64,000 nt of DNA from Candidatus Methylomirabilota bacterium (GTDB lineage Bacteria; Methylomirabilota; Methylomirabilia; Rokubacteriales; CSP1-6). Within the stretch, counting starts at the first letter, position 1. Each line of letters opens with the position of its first letter. The notes under the pieces were generated by a model. It saw only the letters and a program-made list of their open reading frames with translations. It had not been told where the DNA came from and did no database searches. The stretch spans positions 32,840 through 96,839 of the forward strand of contig DASXSB010000054.1 of assembly GCA_036506275.1 (NCBI GenBank), written 5' to 3'. The position numbers were made by a program, and so were the translations under genes. Positions 11,001 through 22,685 of the stretch are shown in pieces.

Positions 11001-11708
11001 TCACTCTCGAACGAGCCGCTCTAGACCCGCCGTCGTCAGGAAGCGCGCGATGGTCGTCGACGAGATGATCGTCGTCTCGCCGGGCACGGGGATCTCGAGG
11101 ACACGGTCGGGCGCGCTCGTGACGCGCGCGGTGCGGTAGCTCTCCACGACGCCGATCAGCGCACCCGTGAGCGCGTCGAACACGCCGCCTCCGCTCGCGC
11201 CGTAGCTCACCGACGCATCCACCATGAGCGCGGGGCCCTCGATGGCGGCCTCGCCGCTCTCGGACACGATCTGGCTCACGACCCCGCTCACGAGCGTGAG
11301 GCGGCGGCCCCATGGGAAGGCGACCACCCACACGTCGTCGCCGAGCCGCGCCGTGTCCTTCAAGCGCACCCCCGGCAACACGACGTCCTCCGCCTCGAGG
11401 ACGGCGAGGTCGGAGTCCTCCGACATCGCGATCACCTTCGCCCGGAATCGCTTCTTCTGATCGGGGACGCCGATGTGGATCTCCTGCCGCACCGGCGGGT
11501 CGAGGAAATGGCGCGTGGTGAGGATCCAGGACCGGCGCTCCGCGCGGTCGGACGCGAGCACGATTCCGGACGCTGACCGCCGTCCCCCGCCCTCACGCTC
11601 GCAGCGAAGCTGCACGGTCGAGGGCAGGATGCGGCGGATGACGTCGTCCCGAGTGGCGAGGCGGGAATTCGCGGAGGCACAACCGCAGAGCACCAGCGCT
11701 AGCCCCAT
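11001..11708 (-). CDS. Trypsin-like serine protease (S1 family), probable lipoprotein.
   Basis: Internal ATG at 11706-11708 gives MGLALVLCGCASA, a lipoprotein-type signal. Catalytic region contains ...ILTTRHF..., ...DLAVLE... and GASGGGVFD (GDSGG-like serine motif). Confidence 0.75.
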   Translation of the reverse strand: MGLALVLCGCASANSRLATRDDVIRRILPSTVQLRCEREGGGRRSASGIVLASDRAERRSWILTTRHFLDPPVRQEIHIGVPDQKKRFRAKVIAMSEDSDLAVLEAEDVVLPGVRLKDTARLGDDVWVVAFPWGRRLTLVSGVVSQIVSESGEAAIEGPALMVDASVSYGASGGGVFDALTGALIGVVESYRTARVTSAPDRVLEIPVPGETTIISSTTIARFLTTAGLERLVRE

Positions 11709-11805
11709 CAGGGCGGCTGTCCCCCGTGACGTCGAGGAATGCGCTGCGCTACACCGCAATGTCCGTGATTCTCCCTGAATCCGCGGCGTCTTGCCAACTT
11801 CTGGT

Positions 11806-12525
11806 ATGGTCTCTCGCGTGACGATCGCGGCCCTCACCTTCGACGTGTTCGGAACGGTGGTGGACTGGCGGAGCAGCCTCATACGCGAGGGCGAGGCGCT
11901 CGGACGGTCCAAGAACCTCGGCCACGTAGACTGGGTGCGCTTGGCCGACGCGTGGCGGGGACTCTACCAGCCGATGCTGGAGCGCGTGCGAACGGGCGAA
12001 CGTCCGTGGACCCCGCTCGACGACCTCCATCGCGAGAGCCTGGAGCGCCTGCTGCGCGAGTTCCGGATATCCGGTCTCGACGAGGCCGAGATCGACAACC
12101 TCAATCGCGCCTGGCATCGTCTCGCCCCTTGGCCGGACAGCGTGGCCGGCCTCACGCGGCTGCGTAGCCGCTTCATCCTCGCCACTCTCTCGAACGGCAA
12201 TGTGGCGCTGATCGTGAACATGGCCCGCAACGCCGGTCTGCCGTGGGACGCCGTCCTCGGCGCCGAGGTCGCTCGGCACTACAAGCCCCAGCCCGAAGCC
12301 TACCTCACGACGGCGCGCCTCCTCGGGCTTCCGCCGGAGCGCTGCATGATGGTGGCGGCCCACAACAACGACCTCGTCGCCGCCCGCGGCTGCGGCTTCC
12401 GGACCGCGTTCGTGTCGCGGCCGACGGAGTACGGGCCGGGCCAGAAGACCGATCTGAAGGCCGAGCACGACTTCGACGTCGTCGCGCAGGACTTCGTCGA
12501 CCTCGCCGCCAAGCTCGGCTGCTAG
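11806..12525 (+). CDS. Haloacid dehalogenase type II (HAD superfamily hydrolase).
   Basis: FDVFGTVVDW (the DxxGT HAD motif I). The C-terminal motifs of type II dehalogenases are present. The first in-frame ATG is at 11806; the track ORF starts at an upstream TTG. Confidence 0.85.
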   Translation: MVSRVTIAALTFDVFGTVVDWRSSLIREGEALGRSKNLGHVDWVRLADAWRGLYQPMLERVRTGERPWTPLDDLHRESLERLLREFRISGLDEAEIDNLNRAWHRLAPWPDSVAGLTRLRSRFILATLSNGNVALIVNMARNAGLPWDAVLGAEVARHYKPQPEAYLTTARLLGLPPERCMMVAAHNNDLVAARGCGFRTAFVSRPTEYGPGQKTDLKAEHDFDVVAQDFVDLAAKLGC

Positions 12526-12644
12526 CCCCCACCTGTCGGCCGGCCCGGCCCCCGGGGTATGCTCGGTGTGACCCATCCCAGGGGGTGCGGAATGCCCGAG
12601 AGCGCGCAGCCGGTCCCACCGGGTCCGGCCACCGGGGGGCAGCG

Positions 12645-14681
<2,037 letters not shown>

Positions 14682-14750
14682 CGTACCGCGCCGCGGTGGA
14701 GGCGCCTTCGGCCGCGGCCCTGGCGCCAGGACGTCTCCCCGTGGTCGCGC

Positions 14751-15446
14751 TCACACGAGCGGCCACGGATAGCGCGTGCCGCTCGGATCAGCGGGAAAGC
14801 GGCGGCGCCGGAGGAGCGTGCGCGCGCGGACGATGAGCGCTTCCCGCTCGTCCTCGTCGAGGAGGGCGGCGAGATCGTCGGGGAGGCCGGTGTCGAGCAG
14901 GCGCGCGAGATCATCGAGCAGCGCGCGCGCGATGGCCTGTCCCGCGAAGTCCCAGATCACCGTGCGAAGCTTGGGCTCGGCGTGGAAGCAGAGCCCGTTG
15001 TCGACGGCGCGGATCACGCCGTCGGGGCCGAGCAGGCAATGTCCGCCCTTGCGATCGGCGTTGTTGGCGACCACGTCGAAGAGGCAGAGCTGGCGCAGCC
15101 GACGCTCGTGGCCGGGATCCTCGCGCAGCGTGAAGTAGTGCTGGCCGAAATCGGCGTGGACGAAGAGCTGCAGCGACCCGTCGCCGTACGGCCCCGCGCG
15201 CGGCACCGTGAGCGGCACCAGGTCCCAGCCGAGCGCTTCCGAGAGCCGATAGGCGGCGATCTCGCGCACGAAGAGACCGGGGCGAAAGTCCCACAGCGCG
15301 CGCTCGCCGCGCTGGGGCTTGTAGATGGCGAGGGTGCTGACGCCCGCCAGCGACACCTCGACGAGGAGAGTGGCGTTGCTGCTCGCCGGCATCCGACCCT
15401 TCACGCTGATCTCGCCGCGGGCGAGCAGGTCCAGCGGCGACGTCAC
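14751..15446 (-). CDS. SCO1664 family protein (TIGR03843-like); possible PI3/PI4-kinase-like fold.
   Basis: 231 aa with a GTG start. Contains ...HADFGQHYF... and ...ANNADRKGGHCLLGPDGVIRAVDNGLCFH..., reminiscent of kinase catalytic and DFG-like loops. Last gene of the triad. Confidence 0.75.
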   Translation of the reverse strand: MTSPLDLLARGEISVKGRMPASSNATLLVEVSLAGVSTLAIYKPQRGERALWDFRPGLFVREIAAYRLSEALGWDLVPLTVPRAGPYGDGSLQLFVHADFGQHYFTLREDPGHERRLRQLCLFDVVANNADRKGGHCLLGPDGVIRAVDNGLCFHAEPKLRTVIWDFAGQAIARALLDDLARLLDTGLPDDLAALLDEDEREALIVRARTLLRRRRFPADPSGTRYPWPLV

Positions 15447-15453
15447 CCCGACC

Positions 15454-15978
15454 TCACGTCTGCGTCACGACGTGTCCGTTGCTGCGCGGGCACACGTGGC
15501 CCGCGGCGTCCCGCGGTCGGCTGCACATGGGGCAGAGGGGACGTCCGCCCTTCATCAGCTCCCGCGCGCGCTCCACGAACCCCATCGCTTGCGCGGGCGT
15601 GATGCGGAAGCGCGCCACCGCCGCCTCCTCGCTCTCCGCCTCCTCGCTCTCCGCCTCCTCGGCGGTGACCTCGTTGGCGATGATCACCACGCGCCCCGAC
15701 TCCTCGTCGTAGCCGACGGCGATGGCGCCCACGTCCCACGCCGGCTCCATCGGCTCCTCGAGGGGCGGCGCCTCCGCCGCCTTCTCCGGCGTCGACGAGA
15801 GCTGCACGAGCAACCCCGCCAGGTAATCGGCGAGCGCGCCCACGTGCTCTTTCTCGACCTTGAGCGTGATGAGCTGCCGGCCTTCCCGCGCCTGGAGGTA
15901 GAACACGCGCTGGCCGGGCTGGCCCACGGTGCCGGCGGTGAAGTGCTCGGGGGCGCCGAAGTCGAACGACGCGCTCAT
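15454..15978 (-). CDS. DUF3090 family protein (TIGR03847-like).
   Basis: Internal ATG at 15976-15978 overlaps the stop of the upstream phosphatase (ATGA). Acidic repeat EEAESEEAESEEA. C-terminal CPMCSRP....HVCPRSNGH Cys/His cluster. Confidence 0.8.
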   Translation of the reverse strand: MSASFDFGAPEHFTAGTVGQPGQRVFYLQAREGRQLITLKVEKEHVGALADYLAGLLVQLSSTPEKAAEAPPLEEPMEPAWDVGAIAVGYDEESGRVVIIANEVTAEEAESEEAESEEAAVARFRITPAQAMGFVERARELMKGGRPLCPMCSRPRDAAGHVCPRSNGHVVTQT

Positions 15979-16628
15979 GCGTGACGGAGGCTCCGGAGGT
16001 CGCCGCTCACGGAGTTGACGGTGAGCACGAGCGGGCCTTCGGGGCGATACGCGATGGCGGTGACGGACGCGGGCGCGATCGCGATGCGCTGGAAGAGATC
16101 GAGATGGGCGCCCACGGCGTGGGCGACGGCGGCCTTGATGGGATCGGCATGCGACACCGCCACCAGCGCGCGCCCGCGATGGCGGGCGACGAGGGCGGCG
16201 ACGGTGGACGCCACGCGCGCCTGCATCTCGGCGAACGACTCGCCGCCTGGAAACCGGAAGCCGCTCGGGTGGCGCTGCACGATCCGCCACTCCGGCGTGC
16301 GTCTGAGCCGCGCCAGTGATCGCCCCGTCCACTCTCCCACGTCGAGCTCCGTGAGCCCGGGCGCCACGCGCACGGCGAGGCGGCGGGCGCGTGCGATGGG
16401 CGCCGCCGTCTCCCGCGCACGCTCCAGCGGAGACGCGTAGACGGCCGCCACTCCGGCCAGGCGTGCCAGGCGTTGCGCCGCCGCCTCCGCCTCCCGCACG
16501 CCCTCCTCGGCGAGATGGAGTCCGCGCGCGCGCCCCGGCAGCACGACACCGGTCGTCCGTGTCCGCGCGTGACGCACGAGCAGGACGAGGGTGGCCGCGC
16601 TCTCAGCCCGTCCTCGCTCCCGCCCCAT
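15975..16628 (-). CDS. Histidine phosphatase family protein (phosphoglycerate-mutase-like; MSMEG_4193/Rv2135c-like).
   Basis: LVRHARTRTT contains the RHG-type catalytic His motif. AAGGAG RBS upstream of the ATG at 16626-16628. The longer 785-aa track ORF is an artefactual extension. Confidence 0.8.
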   Translation of the reverse strand: MGRERGRAESAATLVLLVRHARTRTTGVVLPGRARGLHLAEEGVREAEAAAQRLARLAGVAAVYASPLERARETAAPIARARRLAVRVAPGLTELDVGEWTGRSLARLRRTPEWRIVQRHPSGFRFPGGESFAEMQARVASTVAALVARHRGRALVAVSHADPIKAAVAHAVGAHLDLFQRIAIAPASVTAIAYRPEGPLVLTVNSVSGDLRSLRHA

Positions 16629-16729
16629 CGGCCACTCCTTATCACACCGAGAGCACGGAGTCGATGCGAGCCGACAGCACGGAATCGATGCCGCGACGCG
16701 GACGCGATGACGCGGTGGTGGCGCGCGCG

Positions 16730-18157
16730 TCAGGCGCGCGCGTGGGCGCGGGCGGCGTGCTGATCGGCGAGCACGTGGGAGACGCAGGCGGTGACGTTGA
16801 CGGCGGCCGGCACGTGGAGGAACTCGTTGGGGCCGTGGGCGTTCGAGCCGGGACCGAGCACGCCGGTGACGAGGAACTGCGCGCGCGGAAACCGCTCGCC
16901 GAGCATGCTCATGAACGGGATCGAGCCCCCCGTGCCCTGGAACATCGCGGGCTGCCCGAAGTGCGCGCGGGAGGCGCGGTGGACGGAGTCGAGGAGCCAC
17001 TTCTCCATCGCGGGCGCGTCCCAGCCGTCGCCCGGCGTTTCCGCCTCGAACGTCACCTGCGCCCCGTAGGGCGGGTCGGCCTCGAGGACTTCCTTGAGAC
17101 GACGCGCGGCGCGCACGGCGTCGGTGGTGGGCGGAAGCCGCAGCGAGAGCTTCAGCGACGTGCGCGGACGCAGCACGTTGCCGGCGTCGGCGGGCGCGGG
17201 AAGCCCCGCCGCCCCCGTGACGGAGAGCGCGGGCCGCCACGTGCTGTTGAGCAACAGCTCGAGCGGATCGTCGTGCACGGGACGCATGCCGGGCACGAGG
17301 GGAAGGCGCCCTGCCACCTCGTGGCCCACCACCTTCGCCACCTCGCGCGCCTGGTCGAGGCGCGCGGGCGGGATCTCGGCGTGCAAGTCGGAGAGAAGGA
17401 TGTCGCCCGTGCTCGCGTCCTCGATGCGTCCGAGCAACCGGCGCGCGATGCGGAAGCTCGAGGCCACGATGCCGCTGGAGCCGGAATGAACGCCCTCGGC
17501 GAGCACGTCGACGGTGAGGACGCCGTTCACGACGCCGCGCAGCGAAGTCGTCGCCCACAGCTGGTCGTAGTTGCCGCAGCCGGAGTCGAGACAGACGACG
17601 AGCGCGGGCGTTCCCAGCCGTCCCGCGAGCGCATCGACATAGACGGGGAGGTCGTAACTGCCGCTCTCCTCGCAGGCCTCGATGAGCACCACGCACCGCG
17701 GATGGGGAACGCCCTGCGACTGGAGCGCCTCGATGGCGGTGAGGGCGGCGAACGTGGCATAACCGTCGTCGCCGGCGCCGCGACCATAGAGACGATCGCC
17801 CTCGCGCACGGGCGTCCACGCCCCGCGGTCCTCCGCCCATCCCGTCATCTCGGGTTGCTTGTCGCAGTGGCCATAGAGGAGCACGGTGGTGTCGCCGTGG
17901 CCGGGGACTTCGGCCACGATCAGGGGCGTTCGCTCCGGCAACCGCATCACCTCCACGCGCAGCCCTTCGATCGGTCGCGCGCGACACCATTGCTCGAGGA
18001 GCGCGACCGCGCGATCGAGATGGCCGTGCGCGCGCCAGGCGGCGTCGAACATCGGCGACTTGGCGGGAATGCGGATGTAGTCCGTGAGGACGGGGAGGAT
18101 CGCGCGCTCCCAGCGGTCGCGGACGAACGTGCGCAGGGCGGCCGCGTCGACCGACAT
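16730..18157 (-). CDS. M20 family metallopeptidase (dipeptidase / ArgE-DapE-like).
   Basis: Internal ATG at 18155-18157 (MSVDAAALRTF...). Motifs HCDKQP, GAGDDG and a C-terminal dimerisation domain. Confidence 0.85.
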   Translation of the reverse strand: MSVDAAALRTFVRDRWERAILPVLTDYIRIPAKSPMFDAAWRAHGHLDRAVALLEQWCRARPIEGLRVEVMRLPERTPLIVAEVPGHGDTTVLLYGHCDKQPEMTGWAEDRGAWTPVREGDRLYGRGAGDDGYATFAALTAIEALQSQGVPHPRCVVLIEACEESGSYDLPVYVDALAGRLGTPALVVCLDSGCGNYDQLWATTSLRGVVNGVLTVDVLAEGVHSGSSGIVASSFRIARRLLGRIEDASTGDILLSDLHAEIPPARLDQAREVAKVVGHEVAGRLPLVPGMRPVHDDPLELLLNSTWRPALSVTGAAGLPAPADAGNVLRPRTSLKLSLRLPPTTDAVRAARRLKEVLEADPPYGAQVTFEAETPGDGWDAPAMEKWLLDSVHRASRAHFGQPAMFQGTGGSIPFMSMLGERFPRAQFLVTGVLGPGSNAHGPNEFLHVPAAVNVTACVSHVLADQHAARAHARA

Positions 18158-18168
18158 GGCGTCCGCGA

Positions 18169-18471
18169 TCAGGACGCCAGACGCAGACCGGAGCGGATCT
18201 CGAAGAGCTCCTGCTCGAGGAGCGAGGCGTTTGCGATGCGCACCATCTTGCCGCAGTAGAAACAGTGGATGAAGGCGGGTTCGCGCCCGACGAAGGTGCT
18301 GCCGCACTTGGCGCAGCGGTCGGAGGCGTCATCCACGAACCGCTTGGCGGCGCGCTTCAGCACGCGCTCGGGGGTGAGGGGCAGCACGATGAGCACGGCG
18401 CGCCCCTTGGGGCGACGCGCCTTCTTCGACCGTCCCGTACCGGCAGCGAGCGATGCCATACGGGCGGTCAT
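18169..18471 (-). CDS. Hypothetical small zinc-ribbon protein (C-x2-C ... C-x2-C).
   Basis: CAKCGS ... CFYCGK. Lies 11 bp upstream of the M20 peptidase on the same strand. No clear RBS. Confidence 0.3.
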   Translation of the reverse strand: MTARMASLAAGTGRSKKARRPKGRAVLIVLPLTPERVLKRAAKRFVDDASDRCAKCGSTFVGREPAFIHCFYCGKMVRIANASLLEQELFEIRSGLRLAS

Positions 18472-18529
18472 TGTACATCGGTCGGCGATGGGTAAAAGAT
18501 TTCTCGGTCGGGCCGAACGGCGGGGACGG

Positions 18530-18805
18530 CTACGACAGCATCAGCTCGGCCCAGCCCACCGTGTCGATGAGCTGATCGACCTCGGCGCGTGTTCGCCGCT
18601 CGACGCGGCGGCGGCGCCGCGGGGCACCTTCGCCCGGTGATTGATAGCGCCGGAGACGCCGGTCGCGGATCACCTCCACGTCGTCCTGCTTGGCGAACGC
18701 CTGGCGCAGCAGCTCGAAGAGCGACTCGCGGGAGCGATCGACGATGATGAGGCGCCGCCGCACGTTCGCCCGCGATGCAACGGGAACGCCACACCCAAAC
18801 GCCAC
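18530..18805 (-). CDS. Hypothetical small basic protein.
   Basis: The ORF is present but no recognisable family was found and the start is unclear. Confidence 0.2.
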   Translation of the reverse strand: MAFGCGVPVASRANVRRRLIIVDRSRESLFELLRQAFAKQDDVEVIRDRRLRRYQSPGEGAPRRRRRVERRTRAEVDQLIDTVGWAELMLS

Positions 18806-18876
18806 GTTTGCCGGAGAGATACCACGCGTGAACCTGTCAAGCCGCCAACAGCGACGTCAGGAGCGATCGGAATCGA

Positions 18877-21192
18877 TCACGTCTGCAGCGCGCGCCACAC
18901 GCGTTCGGCGCGAAGCGGCATGTCGAGATGCCGGACGTGAAACGGCGCCAGCGCATCCACCACGGCGTTGACGATGGCCGGCGTGGAGCCGATGGTAGCC
19001 GCTTCACCGATGCCCTTGGCGCCCATCGGATTGAAGGGGGTCCGGGTGACGGTAGCGTCGGTCACGAACGATGGAAGGTCGGTCGCGCGCGGCACCGCGT
19101 AGTCCATGAGGGAGCCCGTGAGGAGCTGGCCGTCGGCGGCGAAGACGACCTCCTCCAGCAGCGCCTGCGCGATCCCTTGCGCGAGACCACCGTGGACCTG
19201 CCCCGCCACCAGATTCGGGGTGATCCGCACGCCGCAGTCGTCGACGGAGACGAAGCGGCGCACCGTCACGTGCCCGGTGGCGCGGTCGATCTCGACCACG
19301 GCCACGTGGGCGCCGAAGGGATACACGAGCTGAGGGGGACGGAAGAAGTCGGTGGCCTCCAGCCCTGACTCCAGGCCGGCCGGCAGCGCGCCCCCGTAAG
19401 CGGTGGCCGCGATCTGCGCGAGCGTCAGCGCGCTCTTCGGGGAGCCCTTGACCTGATAGCGGCCGTCGTCGAGGACGACGTCGTCGGCCGCGGCCTCCAG
19501 CATATGGGCCGCGACGCGGCGTGCCTTCTCCTGCACCTTCACGGCGGCGCCGAGGATGGCGGAGCCGCCCACGGCGAGGCTGCGGCTCCCGCCGGTCCCG
19601 TTGCCCATCGGGATGGCGGCGGTGTCACCGTGACGGACCACGATCTTGTCGAAGTCCACTCCGAGCTGATCGGCGATGATCTGCGCGAACGTCGTCTCGT
19701 GTCCTTGACCGTGCGCCGACGTTCCCGTGTAGGCGGTGACGGTGCCGCCCGGCTCCACGCGCACCACCGCGCTCTCGAAGGGGCCGAAGCCACACATCTC
19801 GACGTAGCACGCCATCCCGATGCCGAGCAGCGGCGTATCCGCCCGCTGGCGCCGCTCGCGCTGCTCCGTGCGCAGCTTTCCATACTCGGCGACGTCGAGG
19901 GCCTTGGTGAGCGCGCGATCGTACTCGCCGCTGTCGTAGTGCTGTCCCGTCGGCGCCTGATACGGGAAGGCGTCAGGCGGGATGAAGTTCCGCCGTCGCA
20001 CCGTTTCCGGAGCCCGCCCCAGCTCGGCGGCGATGACGTCGACGATGCGCTCGATGTAGTACGCCGCCTCCGGCCGCCCCGCGCCGCGATAGGCGGCGAC
20101 GGGCGTGCTGTTCGTGAAGACACACGTGGCCTTGAGGTCGAGATGGGGGATGCGATACACGCCCACGCCCATCATGAGCGTGAGCTCGGGGATGAACGTG
20201 AAGATCGGGTAGGCGCCGATGTCGGCCGTGACCCGCAGGCGGAGGGCGGTGATGGCGCCGTCGTCCTCCACTGCCGCTTCGACGTCGGCGACCTGCGCGC
20301 GTCCGTGCGTGGTCGTCATCATGTGCTCGAGCCGCGTCTCCGTCCAGCGCACGGGAATGTGGTGGACGCGGGCGATGACGGCGAGGGTGGCGTCCTCCGG
20401 ATAGAGGCCGAACTTGACACCGAAGCCGCCACCCACCTCGGGCGCGATGACGCGCACGAGATTCTGCGGGAGGCCGAGCGCGGTCGCGATGTCGTTGCGC
20501 AGCACGTGCGGCGCCTGGTTGGTGGCCCACACCACGATGCCGCCGGTGGCGGGATCGGGAGCGGCGAGGACGGCGCGGCCCTCCATGGGCACGCCCGACA
20601 GGCGCTGGCTGATCATGCGTTGGCGGACGACACGGCGCGCGCGCGCGAAGGCGGCGTCGGGATCGCCGGCGCGGATCTCCTTCACGTGCTCGACGTTGCC
20701 GGGCGCGTCGTCGTGCAGGAGGGGCGCGCTCTTCTCGAGGGCGGCGAAGGCGTCGGCGACGGCGGGCAATGGCTCCCAGTCCACGACGACGTCGGCGGCG
20801 GCATCGGCGGCGAGCGCTTCCGACGTGGCGACGACGGCCGCCACCGCCTCCCCCACGTGGCGCACGCGTCCTAGTGACAGCGGGCAATGCCGACGCCCCG
20901 CGCTCACCTCGCCGTCGCTGGGGCCGCCTCCCTCACCGCCGCCGCCGAGCGGCACCGGCGCCGTGTGGCGCCGGATGTCCTCTCCGGTGAGGACCAGCCT
21001 CACGCCCTCGCGCGCGCGCGCCGCGCTCGTGTCGATGGACCGGATGCGCGCGTGCGCGTGCGGGCTGCGCACGAAGGCGACGTGGTGGAGACCGGGAACA
21101 CCGATGTCACCCACGTACGCGGAGCGGCCCGTGACCAGCCGCGGATCTTCTTTGCGCCGGACTTCGGCGCCCATGAGGCGAGGCGTGCTCAT
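18877..21192 (-). CDS. Xanthine dehydrogenase / aldehyde oxidase / CoxL family molybdopterin-binding subunit.
   Basis: N-terminal MGAEVRRKEDPRLVTGR and a large MoCo-binding domain of about 770 aa. ATG at 21190-21192 is preceded by AAAGGA. No FAD or [2Fe-2S] subunit genes are adjacent. Confidence 0.85.
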   Translation of the reverse strand: MSTPRLMGAEVRRKEDPRLVTGRSAYVGDIGVPGLHHVAFVRSPHAHARIRSIDTSAARAREGVRLVLTGEDIRRHTAPVPLGGGGEGGGPSDGEVSAGRRHCPLSLGRVRHVGEAVAAVVATSEALAADAAADVVVDWEPLPAVADAFAALEKSAPLLHDDAPGNVEHVKEIRAGDPDAAFARARRVVRQRMISQRLSGVPMEGRAVLAAPDPATGGIVVWATNQAPHVLRNDIATALGLPQNLVRVIAPEVGGGFGVKFGLYPEDATLAVIARVHHIPVRWTETRLEHMMTTTHGRAQVADVEAAVEDDGAITALRLRVTADIGAYPIFTFIPELTLMMGVGVYRIPHLDLKATCVFTNSTPVAAYRGAGRPEAAYYIERIVDVIAAELGRAPETVRRRNFIPPDAFPYQAPTGQHYDSGEYDRALTKALDVAEYGKLRTEQRERRQRADTPLLGIGMACYVEMCGFGPFESAVVRVEPGGTVTAYTGTSAHGQGHETTFAQIIADQLGVDFDKIVVRHGDTAAIPMGNGTGGSRSLAVGGSAILGAAVKVQEKARRVAAHMLEAAADDVVLDDGRYQVKGSPKSALTLAQIAATAYGGALPAGLESGLEATDFFRPPQLVYPFGAHVAVVEIDRATGHVTVRRFVSVDDCGVRITPNLVAGQVHGGLAQGIAQALLEEVVFAADGQLLTGSLMDYAVPRATDLPSFVTDATVTRTPFNPMGAKGIGEAATIGSTPAIVNAVVDALAPFHVRHLDMPLRAERVWRALQT

Positions 21193-21364
21193 GCTCGTTC
21201 CTTTCATGATGCGCGATTCAGCGGTCGAGGATCGCCACCGCGCGCGTCCAGCCGGCGGACGCACCGCGGATCTTCACCGGGCCCTGGACCCTCCTCACGG
21301 GCTTCGTCGTCGACGATCTTACCGGAAAGGAGCGGCGCCCGCGGGGAGACGGAAGGCGGGTCGG

Positions 21365-22591
21365 CTACAGCGCGTCGAAGGTACCGCGGACACGGAACAT
21401 CAGGCTGTGACCGGACTGATCGGTGGCGGGGGGAAGGTTTTCTCGACTCTCGGGAAGCCACGAATGGCTCTTCGCCTTGAAATACTGGAATTGTAGGTTG
21501 TCCGGCTTGCCGGGCTCGGTCTCCGGCGTGTACGTGTACGTCAAGCCCACGTTGAGGTCCACGGTGTCGGTCAGTCGTTTCGCGTACTGAAAATCGAGAT
21601 ACGCAAACAGACTGACGGCCTTGCTGGGAGTGCCAAGCTTTGCGAGGTCGGGCTTCGCCAGTCCCGCCACCGTCCCCGCGAAGCCGGAGTCGCGCGTGAA
21701 TTTCGAATAGTGCGCGCCGAGGCCGGGAACGGTGACGTCGAAGAACACGCCCTTGGGAACGGCCTGGAGGCCGCCGATGAACAGCTCCCGATCGGGGAGG
21801 GCGGCGATCTGGGCAGGCAGGATATCGTCGAGGGCGCCGAGCACCGGACGCCGCAATGGCAAGAGCGAGCTGGCGCTGAGCTTCACCACCGAGAGCGGGA
21901 TGCCCGCCTTCACGATCGCCGACGCATCGAAGCTCATGTGGGCCAGCATGTCCTCCACATCCTTGCGCCCGATGTTGCCGTCCTTGGCCAGACGGGCCAC
22001 CGCCTTCGACAGATAGTCGGCGTCGTAGTGGAGGTTGAGCTGGAAGTTCGCGCGGAAGACCTTGTACGCGGTCGCGTATCCGCGGACCCCGATCTCCGAC
22101 GTGCTGAGGCTGGTGCTGGTGATGGTGATCGGGATCTCGGTGGGGGAATCGAACTGCCGCGGATACGGAGTGCCGAGCTCCAGCGTGCCCTTCGCCTTCC
22201 CCTTCAGCGTGAGCGTCTCGTGGTCGAGCGAGAACTCGGTGTCCTGGAGCCGCAGCGCCAGGCTGCGATTGGTGAGAGCGATCCCGGGATCCGGCGCCGG
22301 CCGCCGCGCGTCGTCCTCGCGCCCGCCCGGGAGCTGGGCGGGGGATGGCTGCGTGAAGTTGCTCTCCTCCTTTTTCTCCTGCGGCCAGTTGGACGAATCG
22401 TAGATGTCCTTGAGGAATCCGAGCACTTTCCCGGCGACGTGGGAGGCGTCGAGCGCGAAGTTGAGCGCCTGGTCGGCGCCGTCGGGAAATTCGGTCTCGA
22501 GATTCCGCAGAATGCCGGCGAGATCTCCCCCGGTCGGGAGACGGAGGCCCTTTCCGAGCGGCCCCGGAATGCGTCCTCGCGGATGGCCCAT
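21365..22591 (-). CDS. Hypothetical protein of 408 aa. The C-terminal half is beta-strand-rich and ends ...RVRGTFDAL; no signal peptide was detected.
   Basis: The ORF has an ATG start and locally lower GC than its neighbours. Alternating hydrophobic patterns are seen in the C-terminal 150 aa. Confidence 0.5.
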   Translation of the reverse strand: MGHPRGRIPGPLGKGLRLPTGGDLAGILRNLETEFPDGADQALNFALDASHVAGKVLGFLKDIYDSSNWPQEKKEESNFTQPSPAQLPGGREDDARRPAPDPGIALTNRSLALRLQDTEFSLDHETLTLKGKAKGTLELGTPYPRQFDSPTEIPITITSTSLSTSEIGVRGYATAYKVFRANFQLNLHYDADYLSKAVARLAKDGNIGRKDVEDMLAHMSFDASAIVKAGIPLSVVKLSASSLLPLRRPVLGALDDILPAQIAALPDRELFIGGLQAVPKGVFFDVTVPGLGAHYSKFTRDSGFAGTVAGLAKPDLAKLGTPSKAVSLFAYLDFQYAKRLTDTVDLNVGLTYTYTPETEPGKPDNLQFQYFKAKSHSWLPESRENLPPATDQSGHSLMFRVRGTFDAL

Positions 22592-22685
22592 CAGAACTGC
22601 TCTGGCGCCACAGGAACGTATCTCGAACCGTGGGCACAGTCAATCGGCGCGGCGCCGGCGATCGCCACCGCCGCGGGCGACGCGG

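Noticed and set aside
12243-12644. Upstream extension of the oligopeptidase B ORF, and the antisense ORFs 12522-14120 and 12725-14401.
   Set aside because: They are Arg/Pro-rich low-complexity translations. The conserved PtrB N-terminus begins at the GTG at 12645.
15975-18332. 785-aa minus-strand ORF.
   Set aside because: Only the C-terminal 217 codons (15975-16628) encode the histidine phosphatase, which has its own RBS and ATG. The upstream part is an out-of-frame read-through over the M20 peptidase gene.
19504-20874. 456-aa and 304-aa ORFs antisense to, or out of frame with, the xanthine dehydrogenase-family gene.
   Set aside because: No domain content. They lie entirely within a well-conserved coding region on the other strand.
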